Origin: a virus
Taxonomy: Duplodnaviria; Caudoviricetes
Reading direction: 5' to 3' (one strand)
DNA length: 29,931 nucleotides
IMG/VR virus record: IMGVR_UViG_3300046710_000544
Span: 1 to 29,931 of that record
The position numbers and the translations under genes were made by a program. Shown piece after piece: positions 9,233-18,466 of this stretch; positions within the stretch are counted from its first letter, which is position 1; each line of letters opens with the position of its first letter. A model generated the notes under the pieces. The model had not been told where the DNA came from and searched no databases. It saw only the letters and a program-made list of their open reading frames with translations.

Positions 9233-9499
9233 ATGATCATAACGCTAGAAGAAGCAAAGCAGCATTTAAGGGTAGATATTATTGATGATGATGACTATAT
9301 TAATTTGCTTATCGAAGCAACGGAGGAATTTATCACAGACATGACAGGTAAGACTTTTGACGGCACAAACAAACGGGCAAAGATTTTATGCCTGCTAATT
9401 ATCGGGGATCTATATGATAAAAGGTCTCCGTTTACCGGCAAAGTCGGGGAGAAGATATCTCCAATTGTAAATATGATGTTAATCCAATTAGGCCTTTAA
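9233..9499 (+). CDS. Head-tail connector (HK97 gp6-like)
   Basis: ITLEEAKQHLRVD..DDDYINLLI...LLIIGDLYDKR. Confidence 0.9.
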   Translation: MIITLEEAKQHLRVDIIDDDDYINLLIEATEEFITDMTGKTFDGTNKRAKILCLLIIGDLYDKRSPFTGKVGEKISPIVNMMLIQLGL

Positions 9500-9516
9500 G
9501 ATGGTGGTGGTGTATT

Positions 9517-9840
9517 GTGAACCCGGGTGATCTTAGGCACAGAATAACCATTCAGTACGAGAAGGAAACCATGGATGAATACAATACTCCTACAGTTGGA
9601 TGGGGGGATTACGCTACGGTTTGGGCAGCGATCGAACCGCTGCGCGGGAGAGAATACCTTCTGAGTAAAAATGTTACCCCGGAGCTCACGGTTCGGATCC
9701 GAATACGCTATCGGGAAGGCCTTGACCATGGAATGAGGGTCAAGTATGGCGCCCGCGTCTTTAAAATCGAATCTCCTCCAATTGATGTTGACGAACGACA
9801 TGAGGAGATTCATTTGATGTGTTCTGAGGTGTTTGACTGA
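9517..9840 (+). CDS. Head closure protein (SPP1 gp16-like)
   Basis: MNPGDLRHRITIQ...W.DYATVWAAIEPLRGREY...IRIRYR...MRV. Confidence 0.9.
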   Translation: MNPGDLRHRITIQYEKETMDEYNTPTVGWGDYATVWAAIEPLRGREYLLSKNVTPELTVRIRIRYREGLDHGMRVKYGARVFKIESPPIDVDERHEEIHLMCSEVFD

Positions 9841-10247
9841 TGGCCGACTTTGTAGATCTTACCGTTTGGGAAAAGAGACTGCTGGGCGTTATTCGGGACA
9901 AGGCACCCAAGGAGCATAAAAAGCTTGTTAGGCAGGCCGGCAACCTGCTCCGGAAGTACGTAAGAAGGGCAACTCAAAAGGTTTCCGGAAAACTCCGCAG
10001 GTCCTACAGGACAAAGATAAAAGGCGACACTGTAACGGTCTATACTGATAAATATTACGCTAAGATGGTCGAAGAGGGACATGCCATCGTTGTAAAGAGG
10101 GACGGTGCAAAAGAGAAAATTGGCTTTGTCTCCGGCAAGTTCTACCTTAAAAAAAGCCTGGAAGAAACCGAGAAGGATCTGCCGGCTCTACTAAAAGATT
10201 TTGTCCGCCATATGGGGAAGGAGCTGGGTATGGATGTTAGCGGCTAG
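9840..10247 (+). CDS. HK97 gp10-like neck/tail completion protein
   Basis: SGKLRRS, YAKMVEEGH, FVSGKFYLKKS; synteny. Confidence 0.8.
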   Translation: MADFVDLTVWEKRLLGVIRDKAPKEHKKLVRQAGNLLRKYVRRATQKVSGKLRRSYRTKIKGDTVTVYTDKYYAKMVEEGHAIVVKRDGAKEKIGFVSGKFYLKKSLEETEKDLPALLKDFVRHMGKELGMDVSG

Positions 10248-10728
10248 TCTTGATGCAATAAGGGTGTTTCTTAAAGCTAAATTTCCAACCGTTACCCGGC
10301 TCTATGTAACTAGCGTCCCACCTGGGTTCAAACGGCCCAGTTTTTTTATTGACCTGGCCACGGCCAGCAACGATGAATTATGTAAAGTCATGTACCAGTC
10401 CCGGACCACCTGGCAGATAGTTTACTTTGCCCCGGTGGATGCTGACGGAAACCCGGACAAATTTAACCAGTATAGTGCTTCAGATACTCTGAAGGCCGCG
10501 CTCATGGACGCAATGACACTGACCAGCCCGGAGATCAAAAACGAGGATGACGAGGTTGCAAGGCCTGCCGTCATCTATCATATCACGGAGGTGGAGGGTG
10601 GCCCCAGGGACGCGGAAGTATATATTGCCGTCCGCCTTGAAGCCGAATGGACCAGGCCGGGCGAAACCTACGACCTGATGCAGGATATCCAACACCTGCA
10701 AAAGACAGGCGAAATAATTCTGAGCTAA
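10234..10728 (+). CDS. Tail terminator-like protein (XkdJ position)
   Basis: VPPGFKRPSFFI motif; directly upstream of sheath; ATG 10234 preferred (AAGGAG upstream). Confidence 0.65.
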   Translation: MLAASLDAIRVFLKAKFPTVTRLYVTSVPPGFKRPSFFIDLATASNDELCKVMYQSRTTWQIVYFAPVDADGNPDKFNQYSASDTLKAALMDAMTLTSPEIKNEDDEVARPAVIYHITEVEGGPRDAEVYIAVRLEAEWTRPGETYDLMQDIQHLQKTGEIILS

Positions 10729-10740
10729 GGAGGAAAGCAA

Positions 10741-11823
10741 ATGGGACTTCCCAGCGTAATAATCACATTTGAATCTAAAGCCATAGCCGCCATTGAGCGC
10801 GGCGCGGTTGGCATCCTGGCCGTGGTATTAAAAGATGCAGCTGTTGCAGTTGTAACTGAATATCCGATACTTGACTCTGCCGATATCCCCGAGGCGCTTA
10901 CCGCTACCAATAAGCAGTATCTGGAGGATGCCCTTGCCGGTGTGCCCAAGATGGTCAAGGCAGTGGTAATACCGGCTACAGATGCCAACTATAACGATGC
11001 CCTAAACTACCTGGAGACAATTTTGTGGAATATTGGTTGCATCCCAGGTATAGCAGCCGAAGATGTCGCCGCTATTGCAACCTGGGCCAAGGGCATGAGG
11101 GATATCAAAGAGCGCAAGATTATGGTGGTACTGCCCGGCAATGCGGCAGATCACGAGGCGGTTATTGACTTTGTGATTGAGGATGGGGCTGACGTTGCTG
11201 GCGAAGCGACAGTTGGTGCTGCTACTTACACAGCGAGCGAATATTCCGCCCGGATTGCCGGTCTTATCGTGGGACTTGCTTTAACTGTAGCTCCGACCTA
11301 CCGGGTGCTGACCGAAGTTACAGATGTTCCGCACCTGACCAAGGCCCAGGCAGACACCAAGGTTGATGCCGGCAAGCTGATCCTTTACCATGACGGCGAA
11401 AAGGTAAAAATAGCTCGCGGAGTAACCAGCCTGACCACCACTACTGAGGATAAGGGTGCCGACTGGAAGAAAATAAAGTTGGTCCGGATCCTGGACATGG
11501 TCTACACCGATGTCAAGTCCACCATTGAGGACCATTACATTGGCTCGTACCAGAACAGCTACGAGAACAAACTCCTGTTAATCGCAGCCATCAATGCCTA
11601 TTACGAATTTCTTGAGCAGGAACGCATCCTTGACCCTGGCAAAAACAAGTGTGAAATCGACGTGGCGGCTCAGAAAACCTACCTCAAATCAATAGGGGAA
11701 GATGCGGACAACATGACAGTGCAGCAGATCAAAGAGGCGAACACCAGGGATAAGGTGTTCTTGGTCAGCACATTACGGCCCTTGGATGCGATCGAGGACG
11801 TGACTTTAAAAGTAAACCTGTAG
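10741..11823 (+). CDS. xkdK: Contractile tail sheath protein (XkdK-like)
   Basis: MGLPSVIITF, RIAGLI, KVKIARGVTSLTT, KKIKLVRILD, DAIED. Confidence 0.9.
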   Translation: MGLPSVIITFESKAIAAIERGAVGILAVVLKDAAVAVVTEYPILDSADIPEALTATNKQYLEDALAGVPKMVKAVVIPATDANYNDALNYLETILWNIGCIPGIAAEDVAAIATWAKGMRDIKERKIMVVLPGNAADHEAVIDFVIEDGADVAGEATVGAATYTASEYSARIAGLIVGLALTVAPTYRVLTEVTDVPHLTKAQADTKVDAGKLILYHDGEKVKIARGVTSLTTTTEDKGADWKKIKLVRILDMVYTDVKSTIEDHYIGSYQNSYENKLLLIAAINAYYEFLEQERILDPGKNKCEIDVAAQKTYLKSIGEDADNMTVQQIKEANTRDKVFLVSTLRPLDAIEDVTLKVNL

Positions 11824-11835
11824 GAGGTGGACTAA

Positions 11836-12276
11836 TTGCCAATTCAAACTAAGCGCATAATAAACGGTACCTTTGGCGAACTATGGCTGGACGGAGACAA
11901 GGTTTCGGAGTGCTTTGGCCTTAATGCCAAGGTAGACATTGACAAGGAAGACGTTCCGGTGTGTGGCAAGCTGGGAGTCGACACCAAGATCTTGAGTTAC
12001 AAGGGCAAGGGTAGTATTAAACTTTATAAAGTTAACAGCCGGATGATTCAAAAAATCTCCGCTGATCTAAAGGTCGGGAAAGAACTCCGGTTCCAGATTC
12101 TTTCCGCGCTGAAAGACCCTGCGGCCTATGGCTCAGAGCGGGTATTAATCAAAGATGCAAGTTTTGATGACCTGACCTTGTCTGACTGGGAGGTCAAGAA
12201 GAAGGGTGAAATTGAAGCGCCTTTTACCTTCACCGACTGGGAGCCCCTTGATACAATTACACCGAGGGAGGATTAA
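11836..12276 (+). CDS. xkdM: Tail tube protein (XkdM-like)
   Basis: RIINGTFGELWLDG, LKDPAAYGSERV, FDDLTL.DWE, EAPFTFTDWE; TTG start with GGAGG. Confidence 0.92.
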   Translation: MPIQTKRIINGTFGELWLDGDKVSECFGLNAKVDIDKEDVPVCGKLGVDTKILSYKGKGSIKLYKVNSRMIQKISADLKVGKELRFQILSALKDPAAYGSERVLIKDASFDDLTLSDWEVKKKGEIEAPFTFTDWEPLDTITPRED

Positions 12277-12279
12277 CCC

Positions 12280-12672
12280 ATGGGACAGACATTAGATATG
12301 CTCTTAGCAGCTGACCCGGCAAAGATTAAGGATATACCTACTGGCAAAGTGGAGATCAAGCGGCTTTCTAAGAAACTTGGGCAGCCGTTTTTTGTTGTTT
12401 ACCGGGCCGCGACTTTGGACGAACTGAAAGAAATAGGCGACAACGCCGGCGGCAGCGACGCCGAAGAAATGAAGTGGACCATATATACCCTGGCCACCGA
12501 CCCTGACTTCAAAAACAAGGAACTTCGGGACAAGTATGGCATAGCCAGACCCGTCGATGTTGTTAGCGCAATCCTTCTCGGGGGTGAAATACTGACGGTT
12601 TACAATAGCATCTTGAGGCTGTCCGGATATATCAAGGGCTCTGTGGTGGACATTGAAGACATAAAAAACTAA
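12280..12672 (+). CDS. xkdN: Tail assembly chaperone (XkdN-like)
   Basis: DPDFKNKEL..KYG, LLGGEI...ILRLSGY, ends in KN*; lies between tube and TMP. Confidence 0.88.
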   Translation: MGQTLDMLLAADPAKIKDIPTGKVEIKRLSKKLGQPFFVVYRAATLDELKEIGDNAGGSDAEEMKWTIYTLATDPDFKNKELRDKYGIARPVDVVSAILLGGEILTVYNSILRLSGYIKGSVVDIEDIKN

Positions 12673-12824
12673 TCGAGACGGGCGGCGAGGCGGCCATGAT
12701 TCACTACTATGTACAACGTGGCCGTATGCCGTCCGAGATTTACAATGCCCCGGAGGGGGAAAAAATGTTTCTTTTAGCCTCAATGCTGGTTGAATTAGAA
12801 AGGCGCCCGGGGGTGGAAATATGA
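12663..12824 (+). CDS. -1 frameshift extension of the tail chaperone (lambda gpGT-like; not in the ORF track)
   Basis: Slippery A-AAA-AAC at 12663-12669; the -1 frame reads KLIETGGEAAMIHYYVQRGRMPSEIYNAPEGEKMFLLASMLVELERRPGVEI* and its TGA overlaps the TMP ATG. Confidence 0.8.
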   Translation, partial: KKLIETGGEAAMIHYYVQRGRMPSEIYNAPEGEKMFLLASMLVELERRPGVEI

Positions 12825-14386
12825 TTTTAGGTGCGGCAATCCGTTTGCAGGATCAATTTTCAGGTACTCTTACAAACATGGATACCGGTATAACAAAAGC
12901 AACGGGGAAAATTAAAACCCTAAATAACACAAAAGCCAAACCCAAGATCCAGGCCGACGACAAGGCCAGCGGTGAGATCACAAAGGCAATGGCAAAGCTA
13001 AAAATACTGGGCAATATGTCTGTCCGCCCAATTGTCGGCATAAGGGATAATATAACCAGCAGCATAGGCAGGATTAAGGGGGCCTTAACCGGGCTGGCGG
13101 TTCTTGCTGCGGGTGGCTTTGGTCTCTTTGCTCTTACAGAAAAAGCTGTAGAGGCTGGAGACAATCTCTATGTTTTGTCTACTAAACTTAATATATCGGC
13201 AGAAGAGGCTTCCTTATTGGGACGGGTGTTGAAGCTAACTAATATTGAAGCAAAACCGCTTATATCAACCATAGTCCGCTTGGACAAATCTTTAGAGACA
13301 GCGGGTAAAAACGGTAACGCCGCGACAGATGCCATGTCAGAGTTCGGATTGTCGCTAACCGATGCGGAAGGCAACCTGCTTTCCATCCCCAAACAGTTAG
13401 AAAAAATGGCCGCAGCATACCAAAAAGCTGTAGACGTTGGCAAAGAAGAGGATTTCGTAGCCACAGTATTAGGGCCGCGCGGGATGGAACTTGTTCCCCT
13501 CCTGCAGGACTACACAATGGCCATGGAGGCGGCCTCGCAGGTCAAAGGGATCGGCATCGATCCCAAGAAAGCACACGAGCAAGCCGTCGCCATGAGAGTG
13601 TTAAAACTACAAGTTGGGCAAGTAGGACTGTCTTTGGCTGACGCTTTTTTGCCTTTTGCCAAGCATATCACCCCGTTGGCAATGACGGCGTTTTCAAAGC
13701 TGGCTGAAACTATTAAGAGTCACAGTGGAGAAATTAAAAAGTTTACAGATGATATGGGGGTTTGGGTCACCAAAACCGTAGATCGGATTACAGCAAAGTT
13801 TAACGACCCTGGTTTTCAAAGCCTTGACTGGGACGGGAAACTTATGGCTATTTTGGATGAAGTGGCCGGCGCTGTAGTGCCGAAAGCGGCGGAAGTTGGG
13901 TTAAAGATCGGAGCTGCATTTGGGACTGCCTTTGCCAGCGGTTTACTTGACGCCATTACAACAGATTTTCGCGTGTCTTTTCTTGTAGGGATGATGGTTG
14001 GTTCCAAGGCGCCTGGTGGCATATGGGGCAAGTTGGCGGTTGGCGGAGCCATTGCTGCCTTTCCAGCTATAAGGGCATCCGGCGAAGTGGACGCAAAAAA
14101 TCAATATGATGACCTCCAAGAAAGCTGGCGCAAACAGGAGGAAGCAGCAAAGCCAAAAGCCTCCGGCCTATCTTACGTACCATACGACAAATATCCGGCA
14201 TTGTTACACCGCGGTGAGCGGGTTCTGACGGCATCTGAGAATAGACAGTTTGATGGCGGAGGAACGAGTGGGAATAATCCGACCGTTAATATTACAATTA
14301 ATGCGGCCAATATGAACGAGGATCAGATCGTGTCTATGGTTGAAAACAGGCTGCTCCAGATTGCTATGAATATGGGCGCGGCATAG
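12821..14386 (+). CDS. Tail tape measure protein (short, 521 aa)
   Basis: IRLQDQFSG start, Ala/Gly-rich helical body, C-terminal ASGLSYVPYD..ALLHRGERVLTASEN. Confidence 0.88.
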   Translation: MILGAAIRLQDQFSGTLTNMDTGITKATGKIKTLNNTKAKPKIQADDKASGEITKAMAKLKILGNMSVRPIVGIRDNITSSIGRIKGALTGLAVLAAGGFGLFALTEKAVEAGDNLYVLSTKLNISAEEASLLGRVLKLTNIEAKPLISTIVRLDKSLETAGKNGNAATDAMSEFGLSLTDAEGNLLSIPKQLEKMAAAYQKAVDVGKEEDFVATVLGPRGMELVPLLQDYTMAMEAASQVKGIGIDPKKAHEQAVAMRVLKLQVGQVGLSLADAFLPFAKHITPLAMTAFSKLAETIKSHSGEIKKFTDDMGVWVTKTVDRITAKFNDPGFQSLDWDGKLMAILDEVAGAVVPKAAEVGLKIGAAFGTAFASGLLDAITTDFRVSFLVGMMVGSKAPGGIWGKLAVGGAIAAFPAIRASGEVDAKNQYDDLQESWRKQEEAAKPKASGLSYVPYDKYPALLHRGERVLTASENRQFDGGGTSGNNPTVNITINAANMNEDQIVSMVENRLLQIAMNMGAA

Positions 14387-14399
14387 GGTAGGTGATCTC

Positions 14400-15035
14400 A
14401 TGGAATTCTGGCTCTCCTATAACAATTTCGCAGAAAAACTCCAACTCCCCGTCAACCCCGGGGAGTTTAGTTTGAAAACGGGCAATAAAAACACAGTAGT
14501 TGATATTCAGGACAAGGGCGAACTAAATCTTATTGGGGGAGAGAAATTAGCGGAAATCCAGCTTGCCTCTTTTTTCCCGGCCAGATACGCGCCGTACTGT
14601 GCTTACCAGTCAATCCCTGCCCCCTATGACGCTGTGGACCTGATTGAGAAATGGCGCAAGACCAAGCGCCCGGTCCGGCTGATTATCACCGACACCCCTG
14701 TGAATATCGCCGTGGCTATTGAGGATTTTGAACATGGCGAAAAAGGCGGAACCAGGGATGTTGCTTACACGCTATCGCTCCGGGAATACCGGTTTATCCA
14801 GCTAAAGCAGGTGGGTGCTCAGCAGGGCCAGGAGGGAATGAGTTCGCCCAGGCCGGATGAAAAGGAAACCCCGAAAACATACGAGGTAAAGCCGGATGAC
14901 TGTCTGTGGTTGATCGCCCAGCGGGTTTATGGTGACGGCAGCAGGTGGCAGGAATTATACAATGCCAATACTGCCACGATTGGCCCTGATCCCGGATTAA
15001 TCCAGCCCGGGCAGCAGTTGGTGATACCGGCATGA
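14400..15035 (+). CDS. xkdP: LysM-domain tail tube initiator (XkdP-like)
   Basis: LQLPVNP, SFFP, YTLSLREYR; C-terminal LysM YEVKPDDCLWLIAQRVYGDGSRWQELYNAN...LIQPGQQLVIP. Confidence 0.92.
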   Translation: MEFWLSYNNFAEKLQLPVNPGEFSLKTGNKNTVVDIQDKGELNLIGGEKLAEIQLASFFPARYAPYCAYQSIPAPYDAVDLIEKWRKTKRPVRLIITDTPVNIAVAIEDFEHGEKGGTRDVAYTLSLREYRFIQLKQVGAQQGQEGMSSPRPDEKETPKTYEVKPDDCLWLIAQRVYGDGSRWQELYNANTATIGPDPGLIQPGQQLVIPA

Positions 15036-16030
15036 GCTACACAGTAACAAACGCCCTGGCTGACGGCAGCGCTTATGATATCACCCAGCTGGTACGGTCA
15101 ATAAAATGGGGTGGAGACATCCGCCAGACAGCCCGCAAGCTGGAGATCCCCCTGGCTTTCGGTCGGGACCATTATCTGCCGAAGTACGAGGCGCCGCTGG
15201 GAAGCCTTTTGGTTCTTTGCAGCGACTATGGGGAGCTTCTGCGCGGGGTTATCTTCGACAGGAAAAAGGACACAGACGGTGGGTATTCATTGGTGGCCTA
15301 TGACCACCTTATTTATTTGCTTAAAAACAAGGCCACTTACATTTTCCGGGGAATGACAGCGGACGCGATAATTAATAAGCTCTGCGGAGACTTCGGGGTA
15401 CCCGTGGGGGACATTGTTTCGACCGGCGTTAGCCTGGAGAAGCTCATCCTGCGTGAAAAGACCATCTTTGATATGTGCGTCATTGTCCTCACTGAGACCA
15501 CAAAACGCAATGGCAAGAAGTACATGATCAGGATGAAGGAGGGCAAGCTCCAAGTTATTGAGAAGGCCCAGCAACCCTTACGCTGGTTAATCACCGAAGG
15601 GCAAAACCTGATCGGCGCCTCGTATTCAGAGAACATCAATGAAATGAAAAACCGGATACTTATTGTAGGCGATAAGGACCAGGTTTTAGCACAGATAGAG
15701 GACGCCGGCTTGATTCAGCAATACGGGATACTCCAGGATTTGAAGCGAGAAAGTAATATTGAAACTGGAGAAGCCCAGACTATGGCCGCCAATATGCTTA
15801 AGGATCTTGGAAAGCTGTCCAAGGAGGCCGCCATCACCTGTCTCGGCTTGGACGATGTTGAAGCGGGTATCGCCATTGAGATTAAGGAAAGTCTTACCGG
15901 CCTGGTTGGCACCTTTTATGTTGATACCGATGATCATACAGTAGAGAACGGCCAGCACACCATGAGCCTGAAGCTGAACTGGACTGATGAAGTGGCTACC
16001 CAGGAAGCTCCGAAGGAGACGGAAGAATGA
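15032..16030 (+). CDS. xkdQ: Baseplate hub protein (XkdQ/YqbQ-like)
   Basis: IKWGG....ARKL, AYDHLIYL.KNK, QYGILQ, HTMSLKL; synteny. Confidence 0.88.
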   Translation: MSYTVTNALADGSAYDITQLVRSIKWGGDIRQTARKLEIPLAFGRDHYLPKYEAPLGSLLVLCSDYGELLRGVIFDRKKDTDGGYSLVAYDHLIYLLKNKATYIFRGMTADAIINKLCGDFGVPVGDIVSTGVSLEKLILREKTIFDMCVIVLTETTKRNGKKYMIRMKEGKLQVIEKAQQPLRWLITEGQNLIGASYSENINEMKNRILIVGDKDQVLAQIEDAGLIQQYGILQDLKRESNIETGEAQTMAANMLKDLGKLSKEAAITCLGLDDVEAGIAIEIKESLTGLVGTFYVDTDDHTVENGQHTMSLKLNWTDEVATQEAPKETEE

Positions 16031-16434
16031 GCGGGAGCAAGCTAATTGATTTAATACGAAAGCAGGCAGCCGGGTTGACGTCCAGGGGTATTGACCTGGC
16101 CACAGTGGTAACTCCTCCGCCGGCATTGCGGATCCGGATTGACAACATGGACATCAACCTAGAGGGAGATGACCTAATTGTCTGCGAGCATCTACTTGAC
16201 CATGACAGAAAATATAGTACGTCTCCTAGCATAGCAGGTAGTGAAGTATCAAACTGGGCGGACACATCGCCGCCATTTCACGACCACACCCATGAGGTGA
16301 CAGGTCTGACTATCGCACAACAAACGGTAACTATACATACTAACCTGCAAGCCGGTGACCGTGTTGCAGTTATGGCCCTGCCCGGTGAGCAGCAATACCT
16401 TGTATTGGATAAGGTGGTGATCATGGGTGAGTAG
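16027..16434 (+). CDS. DUF2577/XkdR-like tail spike protein
   Basis: ATVVTPPPALRI, LQAGDRVAV....QQYLVLDKV; HDHTH motif. Confidence 0.8.
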   Translation: MSGSKLIDLIRKQAAGLTSRGIDLATVVTPPPALRIRIDNMDINLEGDDLIVCEHLLDHDRKYSTSPSIAGSEVSNWADTSPPFHDHTHEVTGLTIAQQTVTIHTNLQAGDRVAVMALPGEQQYLVLDKVVIMGE

Positions 16435-16861
16435 TCTTTACCCGGACATCCCGGTTTCGGCAGTTTTGGGCAGCGGTACCCAGCAGATAACCTACGGCAA
16501 AGAACTGGTCTTTGATTTTTCAAATGGTGAGTTCATTATGATAGATGGGGCTCCAAAAGTTGTTGAAGGCATTGAAGCCCTTAAGGTTTGGATTGAAAAG
16601 ACCATCCGGACGACTCGCTACAGGTTCCCGGTATATACCTTCCAGTATGGATGTGAACTTGAGAATATTATCGGCCTGGATATTCCTTCACCGGTCCTTG
16701 AAAGTGAAGTTCAGAGAATCATACGGGAGGCACTGATCTACGACAACCGGATTAAGGATGCCGTGGAATTCCATTTTGAGCGCGGTGGGGACTGGCTCAA
16801 GGTGGAGTTTACAGTTATTACTTTCGATGATAACTCCTTTAGTCAGGAGGTGAGTGTATAA
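16427..16861 (+). CDS. xkdS: DUF2634/XkdS-like baseplate protein (gp25-like sheath initiator)
   Basis: FDFSNGEF, EALKVWIEK..T.RYR..YT..YG.EL, IREALIYDNRI. Confidence 0.88.
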   Translation: MSSLYPDIPVSAVLGSGTQQITYGKELVFDFSNGEFIMIDGAPKVVEGIEALKVWIEKTIRTTRYRFPVYTFQYGCELENIIGLDIPSPVLESEVQRIIREALIYDNRIKDAVEFHFERGGDWLKVEFTVITFDDNSFSQEVSV

Positions 16862-17912
16862 ATTGTATGAGGCGCAAACAGCAGCGGCAATAAAACAGCG
16901 GATGCTTGACGTGATACCCTCCGACTTAGACAAGCGTGAGGGTAGTTTTAATTATGATGCTCTATCACCGGCCGCAATCGAATTAGCCCTGTCCTATATC
17001 GAACTTGACCGGGTTATATCTCTGGGCTTTGCTCAGACCACCTACGGCCAGTACTTGGATTACCGTGCCGGAGAGCACGGCTTGACACGTAAGGCCGCGA
17101 CCAAAGCCGCCGGCCAAGTAACAATCACTGGCTCCAACGGTACGGTTGTATCGGCAGGATCTTTGTTTTCTACCGGGGCTGGAATACAGTTTGCAACAAC
17201 CACACAGGTAACCATCGGCGTGGGCGGCACCGTAACCGCAGATATCGAGGCAGTACTAGCCGGAGCGAATGGGAATGTGCCAGGTGCAACTATAACGGCC
17301 ATCCCGGTATCAATTCCCGGGGTAACTGCGGTAACAAATGCCAATCCTATTACAGGGGGAACGGACACAGAAAGCGATACGGACCTTCTTGACCGACTGC
17401 TGGAACGGGTTCAAAATCCGCCCACCAGTGGTAACGCTGGACACTACATGCAATGGGCCAAGGAAGTGTCCGGTATCGGTGACGCTAAGGTGTTCCCAAT
17501 CTGGAATGGAAATGGAACGGTTAAGGTGGTGGTCATTGACAGCATTAAGCAGCCGGCCAGCGCTGACCTGGTACAGGACGTGACGGATTACATCGAGGCC
17601 AATCGTCCTATCGGTGCCACTGTAACCGTCCTGGCGGCCACGGGAGTGACCATTAACGTATCTGCCGATGTTACCCTGGAATCTGGTTACACTCTCGCCC
17701 AGGTGCAAACTGCAGCTCAGGCATCGATTACTGATTATCTCAAAAGTATAGCTTTCGTTAAAAACGAAGTCAGTTATGCCATCATCGGCAGTTTAATCCT
17801 GGACGCAGAAGGGGTATCGGATTATCAAAACTATACAATCAACGGTGGAACAACCAACGTAGCGGTGGCTGCTGATGCAGTGGCGGTACTGGGGACGGTG
17901 ACAATTACATGA
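16854..17912 (+). CDS. xkdT: Baseplate J-like wedge protein (XkdT)
   Basis: DKREGSF.YDALSPAA.E, YLDYRA.EHGL.RK.AT.A.G, GG.DTESD, SGN..HY..WA.EV.G, WNG.GTVKV. Confidence 0.93.
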   Translation: MYKLYEAQTAAAIKQRMLDVIPSDLDKREGSFNYDALSPAAIELALSYIELDRVISLGFAQTTYGQYLDYRAGEHGLTRKAATKAAGQVTITGSNGTVVSAGSLFSTGAGIQFATTTQVTIGVGGTVTADIEAVLAGANGNVPGATITAIPVSIPGVTAVTNANPITGGTDTESDTDLLDRLLERVQNPPTSGNAGHYMQWAKEVSGIGDAKVFPIWNGNGTVKVVVIDSIKQPASADLVQDVTDYIEANRPIGATVTVLAATGVTINVSADVTLESGYTLAQVQTAAQASITDYLKSIAFVKNEVSYAIIGSLILDAEGVSDYQNYTINGGTTNVAVAADAVAVLGTVTIT

Positions 17913-18466
17913 GAAGCGACGTAATGCTGGCGTATGTTCCTCAGTTCATCCAGACGGCGCGAGCATACAAGGCGGTCATTGACGCCGAAGGCCCGGAATT
18001 TGACCAACTGAAGACCAGCCTGGTTGACATCTTGAGTCAGTTCTATGTGGAGACTGCCACCTGGGGCCTGGACCGCTGGGAGCAAATGCTGAACCTGCAG
18101 ACGGTAGAGGGTAAGCCCTACGATGAACGCAGGAGCAGGATTATCTCCAAGCTCCGTGGGATTGGTACGGTTAATGTCACTCTTGTAAAGAATGTGGCTG
18201 AAAGCTTTGTTTATGGCACCGTCGATGTTATCGATCACCCGGAAACATACAGTTTTGTGATTAAGTTTGTAGATACCAGAGGGATACCAATAAACCTGGT
18301 CGATGTTCAGGCCGCCATCGAGGAAATTAAACCTGCTCATCTGGCTGTTACTTATGAATTTACTTACATGACATGGGATGAGCTGGATGCAGAAAATATT
18401 ACATGGGATGCCTTGGATGCCCTAGCTCTGAGCTGGGATAATTTTGAGACGGGGAGTTGGTTGTAA
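17909..18466 (+). CDS. xkdU: DUF2313/XkdU-like baseplate wedge protein
   Basis: QFYVETATWGLDRWE, RR.RIISKLRG.GT, IEEIKPAHL; C-terminal TWD repeats. Confidence 0.9.
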   Translation: MRSDVMLAYVPQFIQTARAYKAVIDAEGPEFDQLKTSLVDILSQFYVETATWGLDRWEQMLNLQTVEGKPYDERRSRIISKLRGIGTVNVTLVKNVAESFVYGTVDVIDHPETYSFVIKFVDTRGIPINLVDVQAAIEEIKPAHLAVTYEFTYMTWDELDAENITWDALDALALSWDNFETGSWL

